In this document: piece after piece, positions 10,448-23,861 of the stretch
How positions within the stretch are numbered: position 1 is the first letter of the stretch
How the letters are laid out: every line of letters starts with the position of its first letter
Source of the DNA: Octopus vulgaris
Lineage: Eukaryota
NCBI GenBank assembly: GCA_951406725.2
Contig: OX597823.1
Location: 45,632,001 to 45,696,000, forward strand
Length of the DNA: 64,000 nt
Direction: 5' to 3'
Notes under the pieces: generated by a model
The model's database searches: none
Seen by the model: only the letters and a program-made list of their open reading frames with translations
What the model was told of the DNA's origin: nothing
Translations under genes and position numbers: made by a program

Positions 10448-13400
10448 AGTGAGAGAGTTGGTATGTGAAAGCACGTGGCTGGATATGTATAAAAGACAAA
10501 ATAGACTGAAAAAACTACAGAAGGCTTGTGTTATATGGTAAAGAAATTTGAGAAATTTGAAAAGAAAATACGAAACCAGTTATTTCTCCAAGAACAATGT
10601 TACTGTACGCAAAATTTTATAACATTTCTCTAACATAACGATTTAAACGTATTCTTTAACTATATAACACAAGCCTTCTGTAGATTTTTCACTCTATTTT
10701 GTCTTTTATACATCCAACCACGTGCTTTCACATACCAACTCTCTCACCCATATACTAAAATACGTGAGACCGAAAATACCACCGAAGACTAATACTTCGG
10801 ATAGAATTACAAACGAGGACATACTTAAAGAACTCAAAAACATTAACTCACACCTCATTACCTTAAATAACAAAATCGAAGACTCGCCCGGGAGAGGAAA
10901 AACAGTGAAGAAACAACTCACTACACTGATCAGGTTAGTAATGACTTATAACTTTTAAGCACAACCCTCAACTCAATGTTCATTAATAAACCCAGCAATG
11001 AACAACAACCCCTTTCTCCACGACACTTTCAAGGAATTCATTTGAAAACAAGAACAAATTAGCAAAGATTTAAGCACTCTATGCACTACACTAAAGTCGG
11101 TCTTCATAAACAAACCGAACAACAACCAACGCACACAAAATGAAACACACTAGGACTTCATACTTACACAAGTCAATCTAACAAAAAGAAAAATAGACAA
11201 CATCTGGAACACAAATCTCCATAATAGAAAACTCGCTTTCTAGAATATGATAAATAATTCCAACAAAGCAGATATATACGTGGGATGGATGAACTCAACA
11301 CCAATTATCCTCACACGCAAATTCCAGATCAAAACAATACCCAACGAACCTGACGGACAGAGGACTATTAGGGAAAAGTTAGCACTATTCCATCTAAAAC
11401 AAGAGATCGAACGACTAATGAAGAAAAATATGAAGACATCGACGAGGAGATGCACAGGGAAATAAACAAACAATCCGAGGGACAATCCCTCGAAAACACC
11501 ATAAATTTTTGGAAAGAAGTCTGTGAAAAGGAAGAGAGAAATTCTCTCATACACTGAAAAAAAAAAGCAATGATTTCTTCCAAAGATATGAATTAACTTT
11601 TAAAAAATAATTCTGTGCAGATAATCCTTTTCTAATGAAAGAAAAAAAACTATAAATAACAAACAAAAACTGAAAAACGCACAAATCATCCCCAATTTTA
11701 ACTACTTAGTCAACAACAACCCTCCTCATTATCCTCCACACACCATAAATAGAAATCACCTGCCACCACCATTTTTGAACCACCAAAAACTAAATAGCGA
11801 ACAAACTGACAGCTAACGCATTTATGAAATTGATTACACCAAATCTAAAGATCACCCATACATCAGGAACAGAACACATTAACGTCCCAATAACAAGCAT
11901 AACCACTCCATAACAACACAAAAGAACACTAGGATAAGAAGCACACCTGGCACTACTACCCCATGACCCAAAATTACTGGTCCTCACCAAACACAAGAAC
12001 AGTACAAAATAACGCTAGGTCAAGAAACACCCCGCATACAAGAAATTCCAAACAAAAATATGCCACACAGAAATGTTACACACATCACTTGACATACATA
12101 ACAATCTGAGGCAACAATACCACCAATCCCATACAACTTCACAGACAGCTCATTCAAACAAAACTGCAACCAACATTTTTTAGCCCCAGACCAGAGACAC
12201 CAGGACATAGATTGGAACCTGGTGATCAGGAAAAACCGAAGATAATTAACCTCTAAACTAAACCTCTTTTAAGCACAAAAATAGACATCCTCTCAAATAG
12301 GTTAAAATTCACGCCAACTCCATGTGGAGCCAACCAAAATGAAGTGAAGGACAGTATTATAGAATTCTGTAGAAAATTAAGACTCTAAGAAGCATTGACC
12401 AATTACAATAGTGAAGATGACTCACTAGTCAAAAACAAAAGAGAACACATCTCTCACAAAGGAAGAAATAAAAATCTTGATGAATTCTGAAACCACATTG
12501 AGAACTTTCCCTACTACACCATGCATAAACAAACAGTTAAACTCAAACTTTAGGCTCTACACAATGGAAGGAACTAACAGAACTTCCAAATAGTGAAGAT
12601 ATAACGATTAAGGAAGCAGATAAAGGAAGTGCAGTAGTAATAATGGACACATTATACTATAGAAATCTAGTATTCTCCATGATTAATGACAGTCAACATT
12701 ATGAAACAATTACAAACTATACCTCGCAAAAAATAATGAAGACCATGTCCTCACTAATTAAGACCCATGGAAAAGAACTGACAACCAAAGAAATTGACTT
12801 TTTAACAAACTTTAAATGCAAACCTAGCCTTTTCTACGGTCTATCAAAATTCCACAAAAGCCAGATTATAAATGAAACCATTAAAAATCACCAAAAACGT
12901 ATATACATACACCAAACCAAGGGGACCTAAAATTACGACCCATTATAGCTGGCCCAGCCTGTGAAACACACAGGCTAAGTCTATTTATAAACATCTTTAT
13001 GAAACCCTTCCTTAAACACATCAATAGCCATATCAGAGATGACTTGGATATGTTAAATCACCCCACCAAAAAAGTCAAGGAAGAAACAATCATGGTTTCA
13101 TTTGATGTGATTAATTTATATACCACTATACCTCATAATTATGGGTTAAAGGCAATTCAGTTGTGGCTGGACCAATTTCCAGAAGAAATACCAGAAAAGA
13201 TCAGCAATGGATTCATAATTGAATCGGTCAAATTCATCCTACGAAACAACCACTTCATGGTTGACAATATGTTTTATCGACAAAAGTCCAGAATTGCAAT
13301 GGGCACTAGGGCAGCCCCAGTCATTGCGAACATAACAATGGGCTATCTGGAAATAATAATATACTAGGAATCTTTATCTACCTTTGGAAATACCTTTCCC

Positions 13401-13466
13401 AATACATAAAAAAATTGGAAAAGATTCCTAGACGACTGTTTCATACTCTGAAATGAAAATGCAGAT
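10448..13466 (+). mobile_element. Penelope-like retroelement (Neptune-like): inverted 5' pLTR plus decayed ORF with reverse transcriptase
   Basis: Inverted repeat 10448-10545/10650-10748. RT motifs LKFTPTP, IKEADKGSAVVIMD, FYGLSKFHK, LRPIIAGP, VSFDVINLYTTIP, IAMGTRAAPVIAN and WKRFLDDCF. It is cut off by an RTE insertion. Confidence 0.92.
10550..10588 (+). ncRNA. Minimal hammerhead motif with U3-A8 core in the PLE pLTR
   Basis: gagaaat TTGAAAA g-aaaata-c GAAA CCAG TT atttctc, with a perfect 7-bp stem I. The sister copy at 15378-15400(-) has palindromic CCGG. Confidence 0.65.
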
Positions 13467-15190
13467 GTCTTCTTTGAAGCAATGTTCAATGATTTTATAG
13501 GTTTCAATGTATTCGATGTTCCGAATACATGTCCCACTTCTCTTCATCTACCGTCGCTTCTCTCTGAACTGCTTGGTTTCTGCAAAAAGCTTGTCCATTT
13601 TAGGTGTTTGATTACTTCTGGCTGTCATTATGTTTCTATCCATCATAGTGGTGGTGATTTTCTCTAAATAGGAGCTGAGATTATCGTCTATATGATGTTG
13701 TTCTAAGGCTTCACCTCCGATGCTATGTAGTAGTTAGAATTGTGCTGCCTTTGCTGATAGCACCACAGAGTTTGGCCTCTTTGGGCGTTTGGTTAGTCTA
13801 GTTCATTCCAGCTTCGTGTTGGTGGTGATTGATGCACGCCAATATTGAAACTGTTAATGACATTTAGAACATTTTGAATCATCTTGAAGCATCTGTGGCT
13901 TAGAAGGCTTATCAAATGATGTGATGAGTTTCATAGCAAGCTATATTGCATCAGACGACCTCAAGACCACCCATTCTCCAACAACATATCTTCCACCCTC
14001 CGCCCTCCTCCCGTCATACCATCAGAGACGAGGACGAGCATCGAAGGTTCAAGAGAGATATGGCATCTGGCTAGGACAACATCTCTGCTGGCGTTCTTCA
14101 GGATGGTAGAGAGCCCATCGTCACAATGCACACCAAGCCTTCGAAGAAGGAAAGTCCCCAACATTTGGTAGAACGCAATAGTGGTCTTGCTTTACAAGTA
14201 AAGTAACGAAACGGACTTGAGGAATACCGTCTCATCGGTCTCCTGCTCTTCATCTACAAGGTGTTCTCCCAAATTATGTTTACAAGGATGCTCTATCAAC
14301 CAATCAATCAAAAGAACAAGCTGGCTTCAGGACAGGGTTTCCAACAATTATTCACATTCAGGTTGTCAGCCAACTGCAAAAGAAGGCAAACGAACACAAC
14401 ATCCCGTTCTGTTTTGCCTTTGTTGACAATGAGAAGGCTTTCAATACTATAAAGTTCATATCGCTCCTTACAGTATTTGCAATACTGGAAAAATATTTTT
14501 TACAAGGGTGCAGCATCGGCCCTTAGTCTACATCAAGGCAGTGATAAGGTCAAGCTGGTGCGAGGAGCAAGGTAAGGCGACAACATTTCACCGAAGTTGT
14601 TTTCATCGGGCCAGCAAGACGCTGTCATCACGAAAATCCAAAGGGACAAGAAGGGCATCAACATTGACGGACAACTATGCCACCTGGGCTTCGAGGATGA
14701 TACCATCTTGACAGCGCATACACCTAAGGAACTAGAGGAAATGCTCACCAATATCCACATTAAAAGCCAACCTGTCGACCTCTGCAAAAACCTTGGAAAG
14801 ACTAAGGTCGTGTTCAACAGGCACACTATACCAGCGCCAGTCACTGTAAACGGCAAGACCATAAAAGTGATAAACAGCTACGTCTTCCTGGGAAAGAGGG
14901 TGACGAATGATGGAAATCTCCCGGAAATCAAGAAAGGAATAGTGCTTGAGTGGGAGTCCTTTGGGAAGCTGGAAAACTTCTTGAGAAGTCTCAAAGTTTC
15001 CATGAAGATTAAAAGAAAGGTCTTCGACGAATACATTCTGCCAGTGATGAGTTACGGCAGAGAAATATGTACTCTTAACACTAAAATCATGAACCTTGGG
15101 CTTACATGACTACAACTGACCAGAGACAGACAGCAGTTGAAGGAGTTCAAGGAGAGGTTACTTCTTTAGGAGCGATGAAATCCTGGATAT
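13467..15190 (+). mobile_element. RTE-clade LINE, decayed, with an inverted 5' segment
   Basis: + strand from about 13960 to 15190 has EQAGFRTGF, GINIDGQLCHLGFEDDTIL, YVFLG and EYILPVMSYGRE. About 13467-13870 encodes upstream ORF sequence (KLFAETKQFREKRR..IEYIETYK) on the minus strand. Confidence 0.85.
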
Positions 15191-15195
15191 ATACG

Positions 15196-15255
<60 letters not shown>

Positions 15256-15400
15256 ATATAAAAGACAAAATAGAGTGAAAAATCTACAGAAGGCTTGTAT
15301 TATAGAGTTAAAGAATATATTAAAATCGTTATGTTAGAAAAATGTTATAAAATTTTGCGTGTAGTAACATTGTTTTTGGAGAAATAACCGGTTTCGTATC
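15256..15400 (-). mobile_element. Partial pLTR of the 10448 PLE family, inverted
   Basis: Reverse complement of about 10568-10710, next to (TA)n. Confidence 0.88.
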
Positions 15401-15877
15401 CTCATCGTCACCTCATTATCGTTATAATCAAAAGTTGTGTTAGAAATCCAAATAGAATGCAATACAATACCTGTTCTAGCTCTTTGTTCCGAGTCCAGAT
15501 CCACTCAAATGCATCTATTTGGGTTTGCTAAATATAGGACTAATTTAATTCTAGTACGTGCCCCTCCTCTCACCTTTCAGCTCCCATATTCTGAATATTT
15601 CACCGTATCATAAGTAGGTAGGCTAGAAGAAGGTCTGTGTCTGGACAACTAAAGCCTTAAACATAATCGGGGTACATGCTGTGCAATAGCTATATTGTTT
15701 TAACATTCAACTATCCGGGTTTTTTCTTATTGGAACCGTTTAGTAATGAAGCGGACTTACTTGCACATTTGAAGGTTCAGATTCACTGGGGTTATTTATG
15801 CAACACGAAACGTTTGGAAATTTGGAAAGGTACTGCATGGTTGAGTTGTAACAGTAAAACCTTCATAGTGAAGTTGT

Positions 15878-16020
15878 TGATGACGACGACGACAAGGACA
15901 ACAGCAACGACGATGACGGTGACGACAACGACGACGATGAGAGTGATGATGATGATGATGGTGATGATGACAATGGCACCGATGGCGGTGTCCATGGCAA
16001 CAGTAACGGCAATGATGGCA

Positions 16021-16056
<36 letters not shown>
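15878..16056. repeat. (ATG/ACG)n trinucleotide repeat
   Basis: Direct reading; it explains the poly-M/H/I ORFs. Confidence 0.95.
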
Positions 16057-16058
<2 letters not shown>

Positions 16059-16079
16059 AACTCTGAAGATATATGAACA

Positions 16080-16262
16080 GCCTAGCATTGCTTGACAACC
16101 GATGCTGGTGTGTTTATGTTCCCGTCACTTAGCGGTTCGGCAAAAGAGACCGATAGAATAAGTATTGGGCTTACAAAAGAATAAGTCCCGGGGTCGAGTT
16201 GCTCGATTAAAGGTGGTGCTCCAGCATGGCCGCAGTCAAATGACTGAAAACAAGTAAAAGAG
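16080..16262 (+). mobile_element. SINE family A, 3' half
   Basis: Near-identical to 8555-8735. Confidence 0.9.
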
Positions 16263-16599
16263 AGAGAGCTCTGCATATATGAGGGTGCGTATATGTGAGT
16301 ACATATAACACTTGTATGGCTATATATGGGCATGTGTGCATGTGTGCATGTGCGTGTTTGTATGCTTAATATGTGTATAATTTAAGTATAGCATTTCATT
16401 TATGCATATTTGATTCACTGAACAAATACCGAGAATCTCAAATAACTATTAATTGCTGCTACACATTCATATTGGGAGTTCTTCACTAAATTAAACAATA
16501 TTGTTAACCTGGTATGCCAGCAGAGAGCTTTTGAAGTATTTTGCCCGGATTGATAATACCTGTTTATTATTTATCTCCCCCTCTTTCTCTACACACACA

Positions 16600-16654
<55 letters not shown>

Positions 16655-16900
16655 CACGGGATCATACCGATATACCATCAGATGTTGTTACATCGCTGGT
16701 CACAATGCGTTCGCATTGTTTTAGCATTCAAATGACGCCACCCCGCTGGCTGAGCATACCTATATGTGTACAAGAGTGTGTGTGTATATATATATATATA
16801 TATCTATTATCATTATTATTTCTGAAAACAGTTTGATTCGAGTCGTTACAGGAACGTAGCTTGTCGGGATTGAGTGGCCGAATATATGTGTATGAGTGTA

Positions 16901-16983
<83 letters not shown>

Positions 16984-16984
16984 A

Positions 16985-17560
16985 AATGGAACAAAATCGC
17001 AATAGAGGATATTAGAACGTTCGGACAAGAGAAACAAGAATTAGAAGGACAAGAAAAAAAAAAAAGATGGGTCTTTCGTGGCTTTCTTTCCTCAGCCAAG
17101 TTCCAGAAGTCACGACCATTTCGGACAGTTGCACTTGAGATGGTTCGATCTGGTTGCCCCCCGTCCCCCAAAAGTCTAAGCTAAGAGCATTATACCCCTT
17201 TGTAAGAAAGCTAGCGAATGTGTACGGCTACAAAGACAAAAAACAAACGAACAAACAAAAAGCGGAGAACATGGTACACAATTACGAACACAAACAAGAA
17301 ATAACAGGTGTCTTTCGACCGAGAAGGAATCAAATTGAGCTGTCGTATAGGAAGTAAAAGCCTAAAGGCACATAGGGGATGGACATAAGGGGTGTTGGCG
17401 GTCGGCAGTCAGGCCAAGAAAGATCGATCATGGCTGGCCGGACACCGGTCACAAGGAAGGAGAGATGGGTAGGGGGCAGCGGGATTGAAGGATTAGAAAA
17501 AGATCAGAGACAAAGAGAAAGGTACAAGGGAGATAAACGAGTGGGAAATAGTGGGAGTTA
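16985..17560 (-). mobile_element. PLE pLTR-like repeat (related to 7686-8335)
   Basis: Internal homology to 7700-7800 and 8120-8320, with a CTGAGGA..GAAA relic on the minus strand. Confidence 0.5.
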
Positions 17561-17778
17561 AAGAAAGAACTAAGAAATGTGAGAGAGGGGAAGCAAGAAA
17601 AAAAAGAAGAAAAAAGATAGAGTAAGAATCGTATAAAATTTAGATACATACCTACTATGGAGTGAGCACAAGGGTGTACGTACACCGATATGTGTGTGTA
17701 TATATATATAAGCACCGCAATGTTATTTAGCAAAGCGCACGCAACCATGTGCTGCCCTCTGTTGGCGAGCTACAGATT

Positions 17779-18140
17779 TCTTGCCAATAGAGAAAGAGCT
17801 GGTTTCTAACCTAGATCCAAGGCTCCTTCATTGGAGTTTCAACATCAACAAGGTATGTATGTATGTATGTATGTATGTATGTATGTATGTATGTATGTAT
17901 GTATGTATGTATGTATGTATGTATATATACTTACAGATCTTTTATATGTATGTATTTATATATATGTATTGTTTTATATATGTATTTTTACAGTTCCAGT
18001 GATGACTTGGACCTGTAGTCTTCGAATCAGCTTTCTCCTTTTCGGTTTTAAGACACCGAATTTCTCAAGACTGGTATTTAGGCAGTGTGTCACATATCCA
18101 AGTGCCCCCATAATTACAGGTATAAACGTGAGCTTGTAAT
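17779..18140 (-). mobile_element. R4/Dong-type non-LTR retrotransposon 3' end
   Basis: YKLTFIPVIMGALGYV..RRLQVQVITGTVKI (RLE C-terminus), internal (TACA)n, and a 3' UTR homologous to 33147-33230. Confidence 0.8.
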
Positions 18141-18814
18141 TTGTATGTATGTATGTATGTCTAAAAAGAAAAACAGGTACAATCAGAGACAGATGTGTGT
18201 GCATGCATAAAGCCATGGAAAGTGTAGGAAAGTGTAAGGTGAGAAGTGTTGTTCTGACTAAGACAGTTTTCCAATAATTGCCAGCAACAAGTTGTCCAGG
18301 ACATGTCTGGCATATATTTTTCATAATTCATTACTTTTATGCATAGAAAATTTCGTAAAAAAAATCTTCCGAGAGAGGGGGAGAAGGGAGGGAGAGAGGG
18401 GAGAGAGAAAGGGAGGAGAGAGAGAGGGGGAGAGAGAGAGAGGAACAGACAGGCAGACAGACAGACAAAGCTGGTGTGACTGTATGGTGACAGCGAAGAA
18501 ATGAAGGATGGTGTTTCACAAAGCCATATACACAGACACAAATAATCGCTATCACACTTTTCCCCGCTCTATCTCTGGCGCACACATATACACCCATTCA
18601 TGTGCACTCATGTGCATGTACACACATGTACACACTGAAAATCCACTCTCAAGCCTGCATACGGACAGATGCATGCACTCAAGTACATACACAGACACAC
18701 ATACTCGCGCATGCTCACTCAAATGCATATGCGATGCATACATTATTTAAAGGAGTGATAAAGTTGCTTTTTTTAAATTCTTTAAATTTTACATACATTT
18801 CAATTATTACAATT

Positions 18815-18861
18815 CTCTCTGTCTGTCTGTCTCTCTCTCTCTCCCTCCCTCTGTCCTTCCT

Positions 18862-18942
<81 letters not shown>

Positions 18943-19093
18943 TTACCTGTCTACCTACCTATCTACCTACCCACCCGCCAACCTACCCACTTACCTACCT
19001 ACCAACCTACCTGCCTACCTACCTACCTACCTACCTACCTACCTACCTACCTAACTACCTACCTACCACCCTACCTACCACGTACCTATCTAT

Positions 19094-19155
<62 letters not shown>

Positions 19156-19196
19156 GTCTGTTTGTTTGTCTGTCTGTCTGTCTGATTGTCTGTCTG

Positions 19197-19284
<88 letters not shown>

Positions 19285-19288
19285 TCTA

Positions 19289-19364
<76 letters not shown>

Positions 19365-19365
19365 C
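18815..19365. repeat. Compound (CTAT)/(CTAC)/(CTGT) microsatellite
   Basis: Direct reading. Confidence 0.97.
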
Positions 19366-19371
19366 ATCTAC

Positions 19372-19600
19372 TCAGGTATGGCTGAGTAGTAAAAAGTTTG
19401 CTTCTCATCCAAATGAGTCCAGGTTCAGTCCTACTGGGTAACACCCTGGGCAACTGTCTTCTACTATCGCCCTGAGTCAGCCAAAATTCATATCTAGTAG
19501 ACAAAAATTGAAACAAGCCTGTCTCATATAGGTTTATACACACACACTCGCGCGCGTCATTGTCTCCTTGTTTTGACATCCTATGACAGTTGTCAACGTG
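19372..19600 (+). mobile_element. SINE family A, old degenerate 5' part
   Basis: GGTATGGCTGAGTAGTAA..AGGTTCAGTCC..GGGCAACTGTCTTCTACTAT. Confidence 0.65.
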
Positions 19601-19644
19601 TTTCATCATCATACCATTAGTATCTTTTGATTCCAATACCCTAT

Positions 19645-20116
19645 GGTTTGAGATAAATCCAGCTGGTTTCCTTGAACGTTTCATAACCCAGGATGAATGT
19701 TGGTTTCATCACTTTGAGCCAATCCATGCAGTGGAAACACCCCCACCTCACCTGCTCTAAAGAAGATCAATGTCGTTTCATTTGCAAGATGATGGCCTCA
19801 GGTTTTTGGGATAGAAAAAGAGCAGTGTTTATCGATTATCTTCAGGAAGTTCCGTATTCTCCTGATTTGAATCCGTCTGACTACCATCTGTTCCCTAACA
19901 CGAAAAAACACTTGATTGGGAACCAATATCGCAGTGATGATGACGTCTTTAACGAACAGGGTGAAAGCTTCTTTATTAATGGGATCTATGCACTGCATCA
20001 CCGATGGAAGAAATGTATGGCTAGCAAGGGGGATATATGTTTGAAAAATAAACCTTACCTGGCTACATTCCAGAACAATATCTTGGTCACCTTATGAACG
20101 TTTCAGTCAAAACTCG
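19645..20116 (+). mobile_element. Mariner transposon 3' relic
   Basis: QSMQWKH, MMASGFWD, PYSPDLNPSDYHLFPNTKK and HRWKKC motifs. The right TIR resembles that at 53220-53252. Confidence 0.88.
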
Positions 20117-20125
20117 TATATAAAA

Positions 20126-20431
20126 CTAGCAGTATCGCCCGGCGTTGCTCGGGTTTGTAAGGGAAATAACTATATAAGCATTTTTAGAGAGTTACTTCCC
20201 TTATATAAACCGAGCAAAAAATGCATTAAAAATGCGGAAAAATTGATGGTAAATTTTTTTTAAAATCGTAGACTCATCGTAGACGCGCGCTAATACCCAG
20301 AAGGGCTTGATATGAATCACGACTATAAGATACCCGCTTTTGGTTAAACTGCACCGCAAAATGTGGGAGTAGTTAGGAATCTAAATCGGAGTAGACAGAC
20401 ACACACACAACCTCAGTTTTATATATAAAGA
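20126..20431 (-). mobile_element. Non-autonomous Helitron
   Basis: Minus strand begins TC and ends with hairpin CCCGAGCAACGCCGGG then CTAG. It is inserted between A and T with no TSD. Confidence 0.85.
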
Positions 20432-20437
20432 TTAAAA

Positions 20438-20925
20438 GGCGGTGTGCAGGCAGAATTGTTAGTATGCTGGGAAAAATGCTTAGCAGTATTTCATTCGTCT
20501 TTAAGTATTAAGTTAAAATTCCGCCGAGGTCGACTGTGCCTTTCATCTAGTCGGGGTCAGTAAAATGAGTATCAGTTGAGCACTGGGATCGATGTAATCG
20601 ACATACCTACTTCCCTGAAATTGCTGGCCTTGTACCAAAATTTGAATACAGTATAGGCGCAGGAGTGGCTGTGTGGTAAGAAGCTTGCTTCCCAACCACA
20701 TGGTTCCGGGTTCAGTCCCACTGCGTATCACCTTGGGCAAATGTCTTCTCACTATCGTTTGACAACTGATGATGGTATGTTTACGTCCCCGTAACTTAAC
20801 GGTTCGGCAAACTAAACCGATAGAATAAAGTACTAGGCTTACAATGAATAAGTCCTGGAGTCGATTTGTTCGACTAAAGACGGTCCTCCAGCATGGCCGC
20901 AGTCAAATGACTGAAACAAGTAAAA
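20438..20925 (+). mobile_element. SINE B (20438-20650) followed by an internally deleted SINE A (20656-20925)
   Basis: Homology to other copies in the window. Confidence 0.88.
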
Positions 20926-21460
20926 AATATATATATAAAGAATGAAATTATTCATTCTTTGCAAACTAACATTCAGTCCTTAACACCAGGCTTTTGCTTT
21001 AAACAATTCTAATATTTATCTTCCTTTTTATTTTCATCAGACTTGAATAACGTTATTATTTGAAAGTAAATTGTACAGGAGGCATACGGTCGTAGCTTCT
21101 CTACTGTATTATTCAACGAAAGTTTATGAAAGTGTTCTTCTTGTGTGGAGATATTTTCATCTAAGTACAACTGCCCTTGTATTTAATTAGTTGGCAAAAA
21201 GTTTTTGAGGCGGTATAAGAACCGACTAGGTAAGGAACTGCATTGCTTGCTGAAACTCATGATTTTACATCTATCATGTTTCCATGAACAAAATAACAAA
21301 GCTCGTCCATAAGAGATGTCATCGCAAGACGAACTCCGCAGTAACTGGCCTATCAACGGTGTGCATACTTTAAGTATGATACATTGATGGCTATTTCAAT
21401 TTTATACTGCCTCAATTGCGTACACACACGCGTGCGCACACGCACATACACAAAATGCAT

Positions 21461-21495
<35 letters not shown>

Positions 21496-21639
21496 CGTTC
21501 ATAAGTCCGTAAAAGAACTCGCCTTAAGAACTTCTGAGCTCTAATATTTAATGTTTGTAAGGGAGTTACCATTGGTTATGTTTACCATTGGTTATGTTTG
21601 TCAGGGAGTTACCATTAGTTTCAGACCTATAATGCTCTG

Positions 21640-21903
21640 GCGATATTGGCGATACAGTAGACCTGCTGGCCGGAGGCATCGTGGGCCAGCGTCTACTACT
21701 ATAACCTCGGCTTAATCCATACCTTGTGATGGAAATAAGGTATCCAGAAACTGTACGGAAACCTGTAAAATAGACTGTAACTGTGTCACGATGATTTTAC
21801 GCGAGGATTAAGGGTATGCATGTCCGTGAATATTCAGTTATATGTTAATTCAATGAATATGTGGTTCAGTTGATCATCATCAAAACTGACGGAGATCCAT
21901 TCG
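21640..21903 (+). mobile_element. Old SINE with an A-like body and a C-like 3' end
   Basis: GGCATCGTGGGCCAGCGTCTACTACTATAACCTCGG resembles family A; TTAAGGGTATGCATGTCCGTG..GACGGAG resembles the family C tail. Confidence 0.5.
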
Positions 21904-22150
21904 TTATTTTTATGTGTCTATTTGTGTATGTATTGAATGTGCGTGTTTTCATTTTCAAGCAATAACCATGCTGGTTTGTTGAAATCCAGACAACAATAGA
22001 CTGTTTGAATAAGCTACAAAATTTTATTTCAATCCTCTCATTGAATAAGTTTATAAATTTCGGTTTTCTTAATTTGATTTCTCTACATATCAGACGTTAA
22101 GTAAGATATTCAATGTTCTGTGTCAGTTGTTCATTGTCAAATTTAGATTG

Positions 22151-22239
<89 letters not shown>

Positions 22240-23366
22240 TATGTTGAGTGTATGTATGTGTGTGTGTACTGGGAGAAAAGCGGATCGGGAAATGTGAGCG
22301 AAATAAGGAAATAAACTTTAGTAGCCAGAACATGATGCATTATCCACAAGTTCACATAAACAACGTTAATTTCAAAGAACTTCCATTCACCGCATACATG
22401 AGGTACGTACATACACGCAGAGAAATACAAATATATTTATTCAAACACATACACACACGCATATACACACACACATATATACATATGCATGTATGTATGT
22501 ATGTATGTATGTATGTATGTATGTATGTATGTATGTATGTGTATGTATGTATGTACACTCACTTCTGATATAGTCAGTTACGTCGCCTGTCAGATATGAT
22601 TGAAGATGTCCTAATCTTTATAGATCATATGGTGCATACATGAATATCTGATGATATAAGCAAAGAAACTTGATACTGTTGGACAAAGAAAACTTCCAGA
22701 CAAGTTTTTAATAAATTTGAACGGCTACCGCTGGTACTTATGCAATCGATAATGCTGCTGTTGTATTTAATAATAATGAAGATTTCCTTCTTTTTTTTTT
22801 TTAATTCAAAAGTTTTCTACAGATCGGTCTTCTTGAGAATTTTGGTATTTACTAATCGCTTCATCATATAAAAGATGCGAAATAACTCATTTCTCTAGGA
22901 ACTTTAACTTGATTCTGCTACATTTTAGCTCGCAAGATTTTCTGCTTGATCTTCAAAAGAAAGAATTTAATCTGCAAGTAAGATTTATAGATTTTGAATA
23001 ATTCTACGTATGCAGTTGACCATGATTAATAGACGGACGGAATAAATACTGACATAGCGCTAGGTTTTAAGTGGCACTGACTCTAAGCGAAAGGCTTCAT
23101 GCATCACATTAGAGAGTGACCTCAATTGGCTTGCTTCACAGGAGAAATATCTATAGGCTAAATTCAGCAAGTCAAATGCGAAATTTAAAACTTAAGAGTG
23201 AAAGAGAGAGAAAGAGAGAGAGAGAGAGAGAATGAGAGAGGGGACGATGAGACCTGTGTAAATTTGAGAATGTCAGTGTTGTAAAGCAGTTGATGGGAGC
23301 AATTTACATATTCAAGGCATAAAGAAAAAATAGTTGGATGTACATAGTTTCACTTTCCCTCACGAG

Positions 23367-23463
<97 letters not shown>

Positions 23464-23467
23464 TGGA

Positions 23468-23850
23468 TGGAAGCACTCCGTCGGCTACGACGACTAGGGT
23501 TCCGGTTGATCCGAATCAACGGAACAGCCTGCTCGTGAAATTAACGTGTAAGTGGCTGAGCACTCCACAGACACGTGCACCCTTAACGTAGTTCTCGGGG
23601 ATATTCAGCGTGACACAGAGAGTGACAAGGCCGGCCCTTTGAAATACAGGTACAACGGAAACAGGAAGTAAGAGTGAGAGAAAGTTGTGGTGAAAGAGTA
23701 CAGCAGGGATCACCACTATCCCTGCCGGAGCCTCGTGGAGCTTTAGGTGTTTTCGCTCAATAAACACTCACAACGCCCGGTCTGGGAATCGAAACCGCGA
23801 TCCTACGACCGCGAGTCCGCTGCCCTAACCACTGGGCCATTGCGCCTCCA
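23468..23850 (-). mobile_element. SINE family C (tRNA-Arg-like head)
   Basis: Near-identical reverse complement of 42241-42624, with A/B boxes TGGCCCAGTGG and GTTTCGATTCC. Confidence 0.92.
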
Positions 23851-23861
23851 CACACACGCAA

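Noticed and set aside
17750-17768. CTCF-like motif
   Set aside because: A single short match at a repeat junction, with no other support.
22640-22680. CTGATGA..GAAA motif
   Set aside because: No stem I or stem II pairing.
23516-23767. Duplicated ORF MFIERKHLKL.. (also at 42324)
   Set aside because: It is a chance frame within two SINE C copies.
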